From NCBI GenBank assembly GCA_036726225.1, contig DAIMCS010000003.1, forward strand, positions 73,769-137,768: 64,000 nt of DNA. The letters run 5' to 3'. The number at the start of each line of letters is the position of its first letter. The first letter of the stretch is position 1. The position numbers were made by a program, and so were the translations under genes. The stretch is from Patescibacteria group bacterium (GTDB taxonomy: Bacteria; Patescibacteriota; Doudnabacteria; UBA920). Below, piece after piece: positions 28,413-37,316 of the stretch. Below the pieces are notes generated by a model. That model had not been told where the DNA came from. It did no database searches and saw only the letters and a list, made by a program, of their open reading frames with translations.

Positions 28413-28838
28413 CTACACAAATTCCGCCAGTCTAGCGGTTGCGATCAATTGCTCCGCTCTTATTCGCACTAAAGCCGGCAGGCCCACTTTAACCAAGGCG
28501 AGAAAGTTTTCCGCGACACGCTCCGGAGCGATTCTGCCGATTTCAAAATCAGAGAGCTTGTACTCATTTTCCGGCTCAGGAATGCACATGGTCTCTTGAC
28601 CGAAAGCGGTGAAAATCATGGAGATTTCCAGGTAAGTTGGGTCATACGATCCGGCCGGGTCGTTCAGCTTTGTTGCGCGAATCTTCAGCACCTGCGCGTG
28701 TTTGCTCAGCTCGCCCAGCCCTTCTTGTATGGCTGTGTAAACCTGTAATACAAAGGTCCTTTCCTCGGAAGTAACAAGCCTCCTAGGCCCGACACCGTGT
28801 CCGCGGAAGTGTATTTCGTTGTCAAAAGTAAACTTCAT
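28413..28838 (-). CDS. hypothetical protein in a GC-rich islet (141 aa from MKFTFDNE)
   Basis: AGGAGG SD 5 nt upstream of ATG at 28838; about 55% GC; no family recognised. Confidence 0.5.
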   Translation of the reverse strand: MKFTFDNEIHFRGHGVGPRRLVTSEERTFVLQVYTAIQEGLGELSKHAQVLKIRATKLNDPAGSYDPTYLEISMIFTAFGQETMCIPEPENEYKLSDFEIGRIAPERVAENFLALVKVGLPALVRIRAEQLIATARLAEFV

Positions 28839-28927
28839 TTTTCCTCCTATGGGCCTCAGGCCCATTTCATTTACGAGTTACAAACTCGCAGGAGAAAGTA
28901 TAGGATAAAAATAGTTTTGTGTAAAGA

Positions 28928-29692
28928 CTAGGTTAAAACTCTTCCCCCATTTTTTCCAACTGTTACCGTGTGTTCAAAATGTGAAGAAAGCCCGCCGTCG
29001 GCCGTCCTAATTGTCCAGCCGTCAGCATCTACATTTACAAAATATTCGTGCTCGCAAACCATAGGCTCAATGGCTAAAACCATACCTTCTTTTAAAACCA
29101 ACCCGGTGCCTTTTTTACCGTAGCAGGGAACAGCCGGGTCCTCGTGGACTTCGTAGCCCACCCCGTGCCCGACTAAGTCGCGCACCACGGAAAAACCGGC
29201 CGCTTTAGCAGTTGATTCAATAGCAAAACTTATATCACCAATCCTGTTTCCGGCTTTTGCCTGGGCAATCGCCGCGTCCAGGCATTTTTTTGCGGTTTGG
29301 ATGAGTTTTAAACCTACATCTGACACCCGTCCCACAGCCACTGTAAGCGCGTGGTCAGTATACAGGCCTTTGTATTCCATTCCAATGTCTAGCCCTAAAA
29401 TGTCTCCGGATTTTAAAATAGCCGTTTGCGAAGGAATACCATGCACCACAACATCGTTCAGCGAAGTGCATAAACCTGCGGGAAAAGGATTTTTTTTGTC
29501 TCCGTACCCGTTAAAGCTTGGCCTGCCGCCTGAAGAAACAATTTCTTTTTCCGCAAAAGCATTTAACTCAAAGGTAGAAACGCCGGGTTTTACAAGCCCG
29601 GCAGTCTTTTGCAAAATATCGTGAAGAATTTTCCCTCCCTCGGCAATTATTTCAATTTCTTCTTGAGTTTTAATTAACCCTTTTTTGCTCAT
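28928..29692 (-). CDS. map: methionine aminopeptidase type I
   Basis: Metal-ligand pattern: D..D (DILGLDIG), HGVGYEVHEDP, E..E, C-terminal HFEHTV. Confidence 0.9.
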   Translation of the reverse strand: MSKKGLIKTQEEIEIIAEGGKILHDILQKTAGLVKPGVSTFELNAFAEKEIVSSGGRPSFNGYGDKKNPFPAGLCTSLNDVVVHGIPSQTAILKSGDILGLDIGMEYKGLYTDHALTVAVGRVSDVGLKLIQTAKKCLDAAIAQAKAGNRIGDISFAIESTAKAAGFSVVRDLVGHGVGYEVHEDPAVPCYGKKGTGLVLKEGMVLAIEPMVCEHEYFVNVDADGWTIRTADGGLSSHFEHTVTVGKNGGRVLT

Positions 29693-30287
29693 ATTTAGTT
29701 ATCGAAGCTAAAAGTCTTTTTTTGGCGCCGGGAATTGTGCCTGAAGTAGAAATTTTAACAAACGGATAAAGTTTTTTAAAATAAGAAACAACCTGCTTTA
29801 TATTTTTTTGGTAATAGGCTACTCTGTTTTTTAAAGCGTTGTTGTTGTCGTCCGGGCGTTTGGAAAACTTTCCGCGAAAATAAGTTTTGCGGCTGGTCAT
29901 TCTACGCATTGTTTCTTTTAACGGAATTGTTAAATAAACAAAAAGCACCTGTTGGCGCTTTTCCTGGCGGAGCCATTTTACAACCAGCTTGGCCTCTCCG
30001 AGCATTTTGGGACTACCGTTAAAAAGTATGCCCTGCTTTTTGGGTGTGGAGTGTATTTTGTAGCGCAAGATTTTTCTTACCAGTTCAGTGGGTGTAAGCT
30101 TGCCGCGGTCAAGGGTTTGGTCCAATTTATACTTTGCCCTAAGTTTTTGGTTACCCTCCAGGGCCCTTAGTTCTTTGCCCATATCCAAATTGTACAAATG
30201 GTACTTAGACGCTAAAAACCTCCCGTGAGTGGCTTTCCCGGCAGCAGGGTCGCCTAAAAGTATTATGTTAAAAGGTTGGCCTTTCAT
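29670..30287 (-). CDS. divergent adenylate-kinase-like NMP kinase (tandem paralog of adk)
   Basis: P-loop LLGDPAAGKAT; NMP-binding and LID-less layout colinear with the adjacent adk. Confidence 0.55.
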   Translation of the reverse strand: MKGQPFNIILLGDPAAGKATHGRFLASKYHLYNLDMGKELRALEGNQKLRAKYKLDQTLDRGKLTPTELVRKILRYKIHSTPKKQGILFNGSPKMLGEAKLVVKWLRQEKRQQVLFVYLTIPLKETMRRMTSRKTYFRGKFSKRPDDNNNALKNRVAYYQKNIKQVVSYFKKLYPFVKISTSGTIPGAKKRLLASITKYEQKRVN

Positions 30288-30289
30288 AA

Positions 30290-30892
30290 TTAAAGTTTTT
30301 TGATGAGAGGCGATGACTGGTCAACCCCGAGTGTTTGTTCAATTTTTTTTGTAACCTCATGGATTTGCGGGGAGCCGTCTATTTCAAAAAATTGCGTGTG
30401 CTGTTTTAAAAAATCCAGCACAGGCAGGGTTTCTTCTTCGTATTGCTGCAAACGAAATTCAATTTTTTCCAAAGTGTCGTCGGCCCGCTTTTCCAGCTGT
30501 CCCCTTTTAAGCAAGCGCTGGACAGATTCAGCTTTAGGCAAGCTAATGTACAGGGTTGTAAAATTTTCCCGTCCCTGTTCCTTTAAAAAGTTGAGCAAAG
30601 CTTCGGCCTGGCCAATTCTTCTGGGAATGCCGTCAAAAATTACGCCCTGGGTCTTTGAAATTTCGCCCAGTCTCATTTTTACCACCTGATATAAGTCTTC
30701 ATCCTGCAAAAGCACCCCTGAATCTATTAAATTCTTTATTCGAATGCCCAAAATTGAATCCCCCGCCGCAACTTCTCGTAAAATCCCGCCCATTTCCCAA
30801 TAAAAAAAGTCCAGCTTTTTTGCTAAAAGCTTAGCCTGGGTCCCCTTGCCGCTTCCTTGGGGGCCAATAAAAAAAATGACGTTCAATTGCAT
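30290..30892 (-). CDS. adk: adenylate kinase
   Basis: GPQGSGKGTQA P-loop; short-LID form. Confidence 0.9.
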   Translation of the reverse strand: MQLNVIFFIGPQGSGKGTQAKLLAKKLDFFYWEMGGILREVAAGDSILGIRIKNLIDSGVLLQDEDLYQVVKMRLGEISKTQGVIFDGIPRRIGQAEALLNFLKEQGRENFTTLYISLPKAESVQRLLKRGQLEKRADDTLEKIEFRLQQYEEETLPVLDFLKQHTQFFEIDGSPQIHEVTKKIEQTLGVDQSSPLIKKL

Positions 30893-31032
30893 TGTTTAGA
30901 TTTTACCCTGAGGCGCAGAAGTTTCTTTGAGCCAAAGGATATAGTTTAATAAAATTATGTTTTTATTTTACAATATTTCTGGCAAAAAGGAAAGCGGCCG
31001 GAAAACTTGCCGGTCGCTATATCCGCAAACAA

Positions 31033-31197
31033 CTACTGTGAGCGGGATCTTTTTTTATGTTTTTTGAGAACGCGTATGAGCTCCTTCTTTTGGCCCGCAG
31101 GTGAACCGGACATACTTCCGGCAACTCTACCCCAACCACGCAGGAGTGCATCTCTCACTTTGTCTGTCATTTCGGGCTGTTTTAAGGACTTTTTCAT
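31033..31197 (-). CDS. 54-aa basic small protein (MKKSLKQPEMTDKVRDALLRGWGRV...)
   Basis: Hand-translated; AAGGAGG SD 7 nt upstream; terminator-like hairpin 31233-31270 upstream of it; GC-rich islet. Confidence 0.3.
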   Translation of the reverse strand: MKKSLKQPEMTDKVRDALLRGWGRVAGSMSGSPAGQKKELIRVLKKHKKRSRSQ

Positions 31198-31355
31198 ATC
31201 ATCCTCCTTAATAAAATTGTAGCAACTGCTCCAAAAAAGGGAAGGCCGCGGCGATGTGTTACGCCGCGGCCATCAAGCTCACGCTTTAGTTTCCGGCTGA
31301 TCGTAAAGCATTCCGGCGATGCCATATAAAGCGCAAAGCTGGCGATCCATGCGCC

Positions 31356-31478
31356 TCAGTTCTTCGAGTGTGACCAGTGTGGTGTGTGATCAAGGGATTG
31401 CTTAAGCAACACCAGTCGCTCTTGAAGCGGTAATGAGGCGTAATCTATAGGCAAGTCACGCGGTTGTTTTTCTTTCAT
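31356..31478 (-). CDS. 40-aa small ORF (MKEKQPRDLPIDYASLPLQERLV...)
   Basis: Hand-translated; AAGGAGG SD; in-frame read-through into the next ORF is possible. Confidence 0.2.
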   Translation of the reverse strand: MKEKQPRDLPIDYASLPLQERLVLLKQSLDHTPHWSHSKN

Positions 31479-31570
31479 TTAAGGGATCCTCCTTATAAAA
31501 AGCATAGCATTTTAGAACAAAAAGAAAAGGCCGTGACGTTCGTCACGGCCGACTCAATTAATTTGGGTGC

Positions 31571-31729
31571 TCAATCGTTGACCCCACCGACTTCCTCTTT
31601 GGGAGGGTTGTTATCATCGGGTAAGTGGTAAAAGGTATAAAGGCCATCGTTGACCTTAAGCCCAGTGCCAAAGGCGTCATGTACCACTTCCACTTTGTCT
31701 ATGGGGATCTCAAGTCTGGTTTTTTCCAT
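31571..31729 (-). CDS. 52-aa small acidic protein (MEKTRLEIPIDKVEVVHDAFGTG...)
   Basis: Hand-translated; GGAGGAG SD; followed by terminator hairpin GGCCGTGACG-ttc-GTCACGGCC + T-run at 31529-31551. Confidence 0.3.
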   Translation of the reverse strand: MEKTRLEIPIDKVEVVHDAFGTGLKVNDGLYTFYHLPDDNNPPKEEVGGVND

Positions 31730-31834
31730 CTTGCTCCTCCTTCTGTGAAAGATTGTAGCACTTAAATAAATTTAATGCTATAATAAATAAAATTTTTAAA
31801 CCTACGGAAACTAAAATAAAACCCTGGGAGGTTT

Positions 31835-33559
31835 GTGAACCAACTTTTTGTAGAATTTGCAATAATTTTAATTTTGGGCGGCATAGTAGCGTTTTTTGTC
31901 TCGCTGCTTAGGCAGCCCAGCATAATTGGCTACATTATTACCGGGCTTATTGTCGGGCCTTTTGGATATTACCAAATGCGCCAGTCAGACGTTTTTTCAG
32001 CGCTGGCGCAAGTTGGCGTTACGCTTTTGTTGTTTATGGTGGGTATGCAGCTGGACATTTCACAGCTTAAAAAAATTGGCCGGGTTGCGGTTTTAACAGC
32101 TGTCTTGCAGGTAGGTTTTGCCGCAGTGGTTATGTACGCCCTTTTGAAGTCTTTAGGTTTTTCCACTTCCGCCTGCCTTTACCTTGCTCCGGCTTTTACC
32201 TTTGCTTCTACAATAATAGTAGTTAAGCTATTAGGCGAAAAAAAGGATTTGCAAAGCCTGTACGGAAAAATGGTTATCGGCATTCATCTTACCCAGGACT
32301 TAATTGCTATTTTACTTTTAATTTTCCTGACAACTTTGGGTACTGGCGGCGAGCCGACCATTTACACGGGCCTGCCTCTTTGGCAAAGCTTGGTTATGGT
32401 TATTGTCAGGAGCCTTATTTTGCTTTTGGTTCTTTGGTGGGTTAGCCTGAAAGTTTTACCCAAAATTGTGAGGTCAATTGGCCATAACGACGAGCTGATG
32501 CTGGTTTTTTCCATTGCCTGGGCTTTGGGCTTGGCTACTTTTTTTGCCCTGCCGTTTGTTGGGTTTAGTTTGGAAATTGGAGGATTTTTGGCAGGCCTGG
32601 CTTTAGGCAGAAGCGGTGTGCATTACGAAATTTCGGGTAAAGTTAAACCCATACAAGATTTATTTATAATGATTTTCTTTATTTTGCTCGGTACGCACCT
32701 GCTGTTTTATAACCTGGGCGGGCTAATAAAGCCGGCACTTATCATTTCGGCCGCAGTGCTTATAATAAACCCATTAATTATTTTGATAGCTTTAGGTTTT
32801 TTTGGCTATAAACCCAGAACCGGGTTTTTTACAGCTATGACCGTGGGCCAGGTTTCGGAGTTTAGTTTAATTTTGGTTGCTTCGGGACTGGCTTTGGGCA
32901 GACTGCAAAACCGCGACGTTGAACTGGCAACGCTGGTTGCAATGATAACTATTGCAATATCTTCATACCTTATTATGTACTCGGCGCAAGTTTACGAGTG
33001 GCTAAAAGGACCCTTAAGGTTTTTTGATTTTAAGGGCGGGGCAGCGGAAAGGCACCAGCATACAGTAGTGTTAAAAAACCATATTATTCTGGTAGGCGTG
33101 CACAGGCTGGGACACTATTTGGTGCCCGAGCTTACCAGACAAAGCACTCCTTTTGTAATTGTGGACTTTGACCCGAATGTTGTTGAAAAATATTCGCAGG
33201 AAGGCTTGTTTGTAATTTGCGGGGACATTACTGACGACTTTGTGCAGGAACAGGCAAATATGCCGGCGGCAAAAATGGTAATTTCAACCCTACCGGATTT
33301 TAATGACAATATAAGTTTATTGCACTCCATACACAGGCATACCGCACGCAGGCGCATAAAACCAAAACTTATTTTTTCCGCGCAGGACGAAACCCAAACT
33401 AAAATTTTATACGAAAATGGGGTGGACTATGTAATTTCTCCCCACTTTATGGGAGGAATGCACTTGGCAAAAATTTTAGGCGGAAAAGATAAAAGTTTTG
33501 GTTTGCAAAAGTTGCGCGAAGGCCATTTAGAAATTTTGTTAGGTAATTCAAAAAATTAA
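31835..33559 (+). CDS. CPA2-family K+/H+ antiporter with C-terminal RCK (TrkA-N) domain
   Basis: Kef-like 12-13 TM N-domain; Rossmann HIILVGVHRLGHYL...VIVDFDP; GTG start with GGGAGG SD. Confidence 0.8.
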   Translation: MNQLFVEFAIILILGGIVAFFVSLLRQPSIIGYIITGLIVGPFGYYQMRQSDVFSALAQVGVTLLLFMVGMQLDISQLKKIGRVAVLTAVLQVGFAAVVMYALLKSLGFSTSACLYLAPAFTFASTIIVVKLLGEKKDLQSLYGKMVIGIHLTQDLIAILLLIFLTTLGTGGEPTIYTGLPLWQSLVMVIVRSLILLLVLWWVSLKVLPKIVRSIGHNDELMLVFSIAWALGLATFFALPFVGFSLEIGGFLAGLALGRSGVHYEISGKVKPIQDLFIMIFFILLGTHLLFYNLGGLIKPALIISAAVLIINPLIILIALGFFGYKPRTGFFTAMTVGQVSEFSLILVASGLALGRLQNRDVELATLVAMITIAISSYLIMYSAQVYEWLKGPLRFFDFKGGAAERHQHTVVLKNHIILVGVHRLGHYLVPELTRQSTPFVIVDFDPNVVEKYSQEGLFVICGDITDDFVQEQANMPAAKMVISTLPDFNDNISLLHSIHRHTARRRIKPKLIFSAQDETQTKILYENGVDYVISPHFMGGMHLAKILGGKDKSFGLQKLREGHLEILLGNSKN

Positions 33560-33567
33560 AAAAAGAA

Positions 33568-33597
33568 AAGCCCGGGCGGTTACCCGGGCTTTTTTGC
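33568..33597 (+). terminator. rho-independent terminator
   Basis: AGCCCGGGcggttaCCCGGGCT + TTTTTT. Confidence 0.75.
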
Positions 33598-33804
33598 CGC
33601 TTTACGATTAGGAGTCCTCATAGGTTGGCTCGTCCAACCAGACCCAAAAGCTGGTAGTAAGCGTACAAGCCCCAACCTTAAAGACTAGCAAGCAAAAATA
33701 CAAACCCGCAGTGGTCGAGGGAAACAGTACTAGCCTGCTCATGAGCCAAAACCCTCCTTACAAAAGAATTATACCAAAAACAAGCGGTTTGCTATAATAT
33801 CTCC

Positions 33805-35139
33805 ATGTTAAAACTTTACAACACCCTTACGAAATTAGTACAGGAAGTGCCCAAGCAGCAAAAACTAAACCTCTACACTTGCGGCCCGACTGTTTATAAC
33901 CATGCCCATATTGGCAATTTGCGTACTTATATTTCGTCAGACTTGCTCTACCGCGCCTTAAAACTTGAAGGTTACAACCCAAAATGGGTAATGAACATTA
34001 CAGACATAGACGACAAAACTATTAAAGGCGCAATTGAAAAACACGGACAGACGGCCACAGTTGAAAACTTGAGGGATTTTACCAAGTTCTACTTCGACGA
34101 ATTTTTAAAAGACCTAAGCGAAGTAAATGTGCTTAGGGATGAAATTGAATTTATTAGGGTTACAGATGTTATTCCGCAAATTCAGGAGTTTATAGTCAAC
34201 TTAATGGAAAAAGGCTACGCCTATAAAGCCGAAGACGGCAGCACTTATTTTTCGATTGAAAAATACCAAAACGATTTTGGAGATTACGGCGTTTTGGTAG
34301 GTGAAAAGTTTTTAGAAGGCAAAAAAGTCGGCGCGCGGGTTGCGGTAGATGAATATGAAAAGGAAAATTTGAGTGATTTTGCCCTTTGGAAGGCTTTTGA
34401 TACAAAAACAGACGCACAAATTTTTTGGGACCATAAAACTTTAGGCAAAGGCAGGCCCGGGTGGCACATTGAATGCTCGGCAATTAATAACGTGGGTTTT
34501 GAGGGCGAGCCTGTTGACATCCACACCGGCGCCGTGGATTTAATGTTTCCCCATCACACCAACGAAATTGCCCAGTCCCAGGCGCTTTTTGGCAAAGGCA
34601 ATTTTGTCAGGCACTGGTCACATGCAGAGCATTTGCTCGTTGAGGGAAAGAAAATGGCAAAAAGCGCGAACAATTTTTATACTTTGCGGGATGTTTTAAA
34701 AAAAGGTTTTTCCGGAATGGATTTCCGCTACGCAATGATGGCGTCCTCCTACAGGGCGCAACAAAATTTTACCTGGGAAAGCCTGCTGGCTGCCCGAAAC
34801 GCGCTTACCAGCCTTTTTGTGGTTGGGCAGGAGGCAAAGCAGGCAAATGACTACCTTATGTCCACCCTGCAAAATGACTTAAACGTTCCGGAAGCCATTG
34901 GCCTTATTTGGAAAGAAAAAATTGGCGGAAAAATTTTGGAAGATTTATTTGGCCTTAAAAAAGTTAGTGAGGCCGAAGCCCCGGCTGAAGTTAAAGATCT
35001 GCTTAGTCAGCGGGACAGCGCAAAGCAGCAGAAAGACTTTGCTAAGTCTGACGAACTTCGCAAGCAAATTGAGGATTTGGGTTTTGAAGTTATGGACACA
35101 CAGGACGGACAGGTGGCAAAGAAAAAAATTGACCTTTAG
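33805..35139 (+). CDS. cysS: cysteinyl-tRNA synthetase
   Basis: CGPTVYNHAHIGN (the HIGH motif) and KMAKSANN (the KMSKS motif). Confidence 0.9.
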   Translation: MLKLYNTLTKLVQEVPKQQKLNLYTCGPTVYNHAHIGNLRTYISSDLLYRALKLEGYNPKWVMNITDIDDKTIKGAIEKHGQTATVENLRDFTKFYFDEFLKDLSEVNVLRDEIEFIRVTDVIPQIQEFIVNLMEKGYAYKAEDGSTYFSIEKYQNDFGDYGVLVGEKFLEGKKVGARVAVDEYEKENLSDFALWKAFDTKTDAQIFWDHKTLGKGRPGWHIECSAINNVGFEGEPVDIHTGAVDLMFPHHTNEIAQSQALFGKGNFVRHWSHAEHLLVEGKKMAKSANNFYTLRDVLKKGFSGMDFRYAMMASSYRAQQNFTWESLLAARNALTSLFVVGQEAKQANDYLMSTLQNDLNVPEAIGLIWKEKIGGKILEDLFGLKKVSEAEAPAEVKDLLSQRDSAKQQKDFAKSDELRKQIEDLGFEVMDTQDGQVAKKKIDL

Positions 35140-35180
35140 GCTGTCCCCGGACAGTGTTTGATCAACAAAGTTATCTTAAA

Positions 35181-35207
35181 AGCCTGGACAAATACCGGGC
35201 TTTTTGT
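35181..35207 (+). terminator. terminator after cysS
   Basis: AGCCTGGacaaataCCGGGCT + TTTTT (one mismatch in the stem). Confidence 0.5.
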
Positions 35208-35258
35208 TAATATTAGCTGTTCTTTTAAATTCACTAAACAATGTAGCTGGAGGGCTAA

Positions 35259-35531
35259 ATGAATGACGAAGTGACCGAATTATTGCTCAAAAAACTCGTT
35301 AAATGGCTGGACAGAGTAGAGCACGATAACGAAGAGGTGCGCCCCATCGCTGTCAGCGCATTATTTATAGAGATGAATTTACTCGTTCAGGTTCTTCAGA
35401 AGGACCCGGAAGGATGGAAATATGTCGCCAACTTCATCCAGCGGCAATCACGAAGCTATATGTCTCATGAAGCGACGGGTTGCCTTGATCTTCTAGGCTC
35501 GATTGCCCAGCTGTTCGTAGTAAAACCCTGA
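35259..35531 (+). CDS. 90-aa hypothetical protein, GC-rich, own SD and terminator
   Basis: GGAGGG SD; terminator 35555-35598. Confidence 0.45.
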   Translation: MNDEVTELLLKKLVKWLDRVEHDNEEVRPIAVSALFIEMNLLVQVLQKDPEGWKYVANFIQRQSRSYMSHEATGCLDLLGSIAQLFVVKP

Positions 35532-35554
35532 AGAGGGTCTACTGAAAGCTAGAA

Positions 35555-35598
35555 AAGGCGTTGCGTAGGAGCCAAACCAAACGCAACGCCTTTTTTGT
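35555..35598 (+). terminator. rho-independent terminator
   Basis: AGGCGTTGCGT-aggagccaaaccaaa-CGCAACGCCT + TTTTTT. Confidence 0.7.
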
Positions 35599-35715
35599 TT
35601 TATGGAAGTAGGTCTATCCCCTGTCTTTCCCCTAACATTCCACAAATGCCCTTAAAAGGGCTTTTTTTGCGCTTGGAAGAGATTAGTAAAATGAGTATAA
35701 TGAATTTACTTTGCT

Positions 35716-35860
35716 GTCATTCCGAGCGAGTGCATCCGAGTCGAGGAATCCCTTAATTTTGGATAATTATCAAACGTAAGGGATATTTCCACACCCTCAG
35801 ATGCTATACCTTCGGTAGATCTGCCGTAGACATGACATTCGGGTTCGGTCGGGATGACAC
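35716..35860. repeat. structured GC-rich intergenic repeat element (family member) in the dnaB 5-prime UTR
   Basis: Ends gtcattccgagcgag / gtcgggatgac (imperfect inverted) and internal hairpin aatccctta...taagggat. Confidence 0.6.
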
Positions 35861-35924
35861 ACAAATAACGCCGATAAATCGGCACGCTACAATTAGCAGG
35901 CCGAGGGCCTGCACTACATCCATT

Positions 35925-37316
35925 ATGGAAAATTCAAACATCCAACGAATACCACCACAAAACCCCGAAGCCGAAATGTCAGTTTTAGGCTGCATAATGC
36001 TCGACAAAGACGCACTGGTTAAAATTGGCGACGTAATTGTGCCTGACGACTTTTACGACGAACGTCACCAGCAAATTTACGAAGCAATTTTGGAACTTTA
36101 CGCAAAAAATGTTTCAATTGACATTTTAACCGTCACCAACTGGCTTGAAGAGCATAAACTATTAGACAGAGTTGGCGGCTCTTCGTATTTAACCCAATTG
36201 GTTAACGCAGTCCCCTCTTCTGCCCATATTTCCCATTACGCTTTTATTGTCCGCAAAAAAGGCACGCTTAGAAAATTAATTAACGCGGCTGGTGAAATTA
36301 CAAATTTGGGTTTTGGCGAAGAAGGCGAAATGGAAGATATTTTAGACGCTGCGGAACAAAAGCTTTACAATATTTCGCAAAAACATTTAAAACAAAATTT
36401 TGTCTCTATTTCCAATATTTTACATTCAACTTTTGAAAGAATAGATGAACTTCACCGCGAAAAAGGAAAACTTCGCGGCCTGCCAACGGGTTATGTAGAT
36501 TTAGACAACCTACTTGGCGGCTTACAAAAGTCTGACTTGGTAGTTTTAGCAGCCAGGCCCTCAATGGGTAAAACTTCACTGGCTTTGGATATGATGCGCC
36601 ATGTTGCGGTAAACCATAAAGTGCCGGTTGGAATTTTTTCGCTGGAAATGAGCAAAGACCAATTAGTAGACAGGTTGCTTTCCTCCCAAAGCGACGTAAA
36701 CTTATGGAAAATCCGCACCGGGCATTTAAACGACGATGACTTTGAAAAAATTGGCCAGGCTATGGGAGAGCTTTCCGAATCCCCTATTTTTATAGATGAC
36801 GCGGCCGGCAGCAATATTATGGAAATTCGAACTAAAGCTCGCAGGCTTCAGGCAGAGCACGGCGTGGGCCTAATTGTGGTTGATTATTTGCAATTAATGG
36901 AAGGCCGCAACCAGGAAAACCGCGTGCAGGAAGTTTCGGAAATTTCCCGTGCATTAAAACTTTTGGCGCGTGAATTAAACGTACCTGTGCTCGCACTCTC
37001 CCAGCTGTCTCGTGGGGTGGAAAACCGCCCCGACAAAGTGCCGCAATTGGCAGACTTAAGGGAATCGGGCTCTATTGAACAGGACGCAGATGTAGTTATG
37101 TTTATTTACCGTGAAGAAATGTACAAAGGTAAAGACGCAAAAAGGCCACACGTTGCCGAAATCCACATTAAAAAACATCGCAACGGTCCAACCGGACAAA
37201 TAGACCTGTTCTTTGACCAAGACAAAACATCCTTTAAGAATCTTGATAAAACTTTTGACGTCTCTCCCCAAACAGTAATGGAAAGTGTGGGAGCAGCGGG
37301 AGAGGATACAATTTAG
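35925..37316 (+). CDS. dnaB: replicative DNA helicase
   Basis: N-terminal PPQNPEAEMSVLGCIM; Walker A GARPSMGKTS; the track start at 35832 lies inside the repeat element. Confidence 0.9.
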   Translation: MENSNIQRIPPQNPEAEMSVLGCIMLDKDALVKIGDVIVPDDFYDERHQQIYEAILELYAKNVSIDILTVTNWLEEHKLLDRVGGSSYLTQLVNAVPSSAHISHYAFIVRKKGTLRKLINAAGEITNLGFGEEGEMEDILDAAEQKLYNISQKHLKQNFVSISNILHSTFERIDELHREKGKLRGLPTGYVDLDNLLGGLQKSDLVVLAARPSMGKTSLALDMMRHVAVNHKVPVGIFSLEMSKDQLVDRLLSSQSDVNLWKIRTGHLNDDDFEKIGQAMGELSESPIFIDDAAGSNIMEIRTKARRLQAEHGVGLIVVDYLQLMEGRNQENRVQEVSEISRALKLLARELNVPVLALSQLSRGVENRPDKVPQLADLRESGSIEQDADVVMFIYREEMYKGKDAKRPHVAEIHIKKHRNGPTGQIDLFFDQDKTSFKNLDKTFDVSPQTVMESVGAAGEDTI

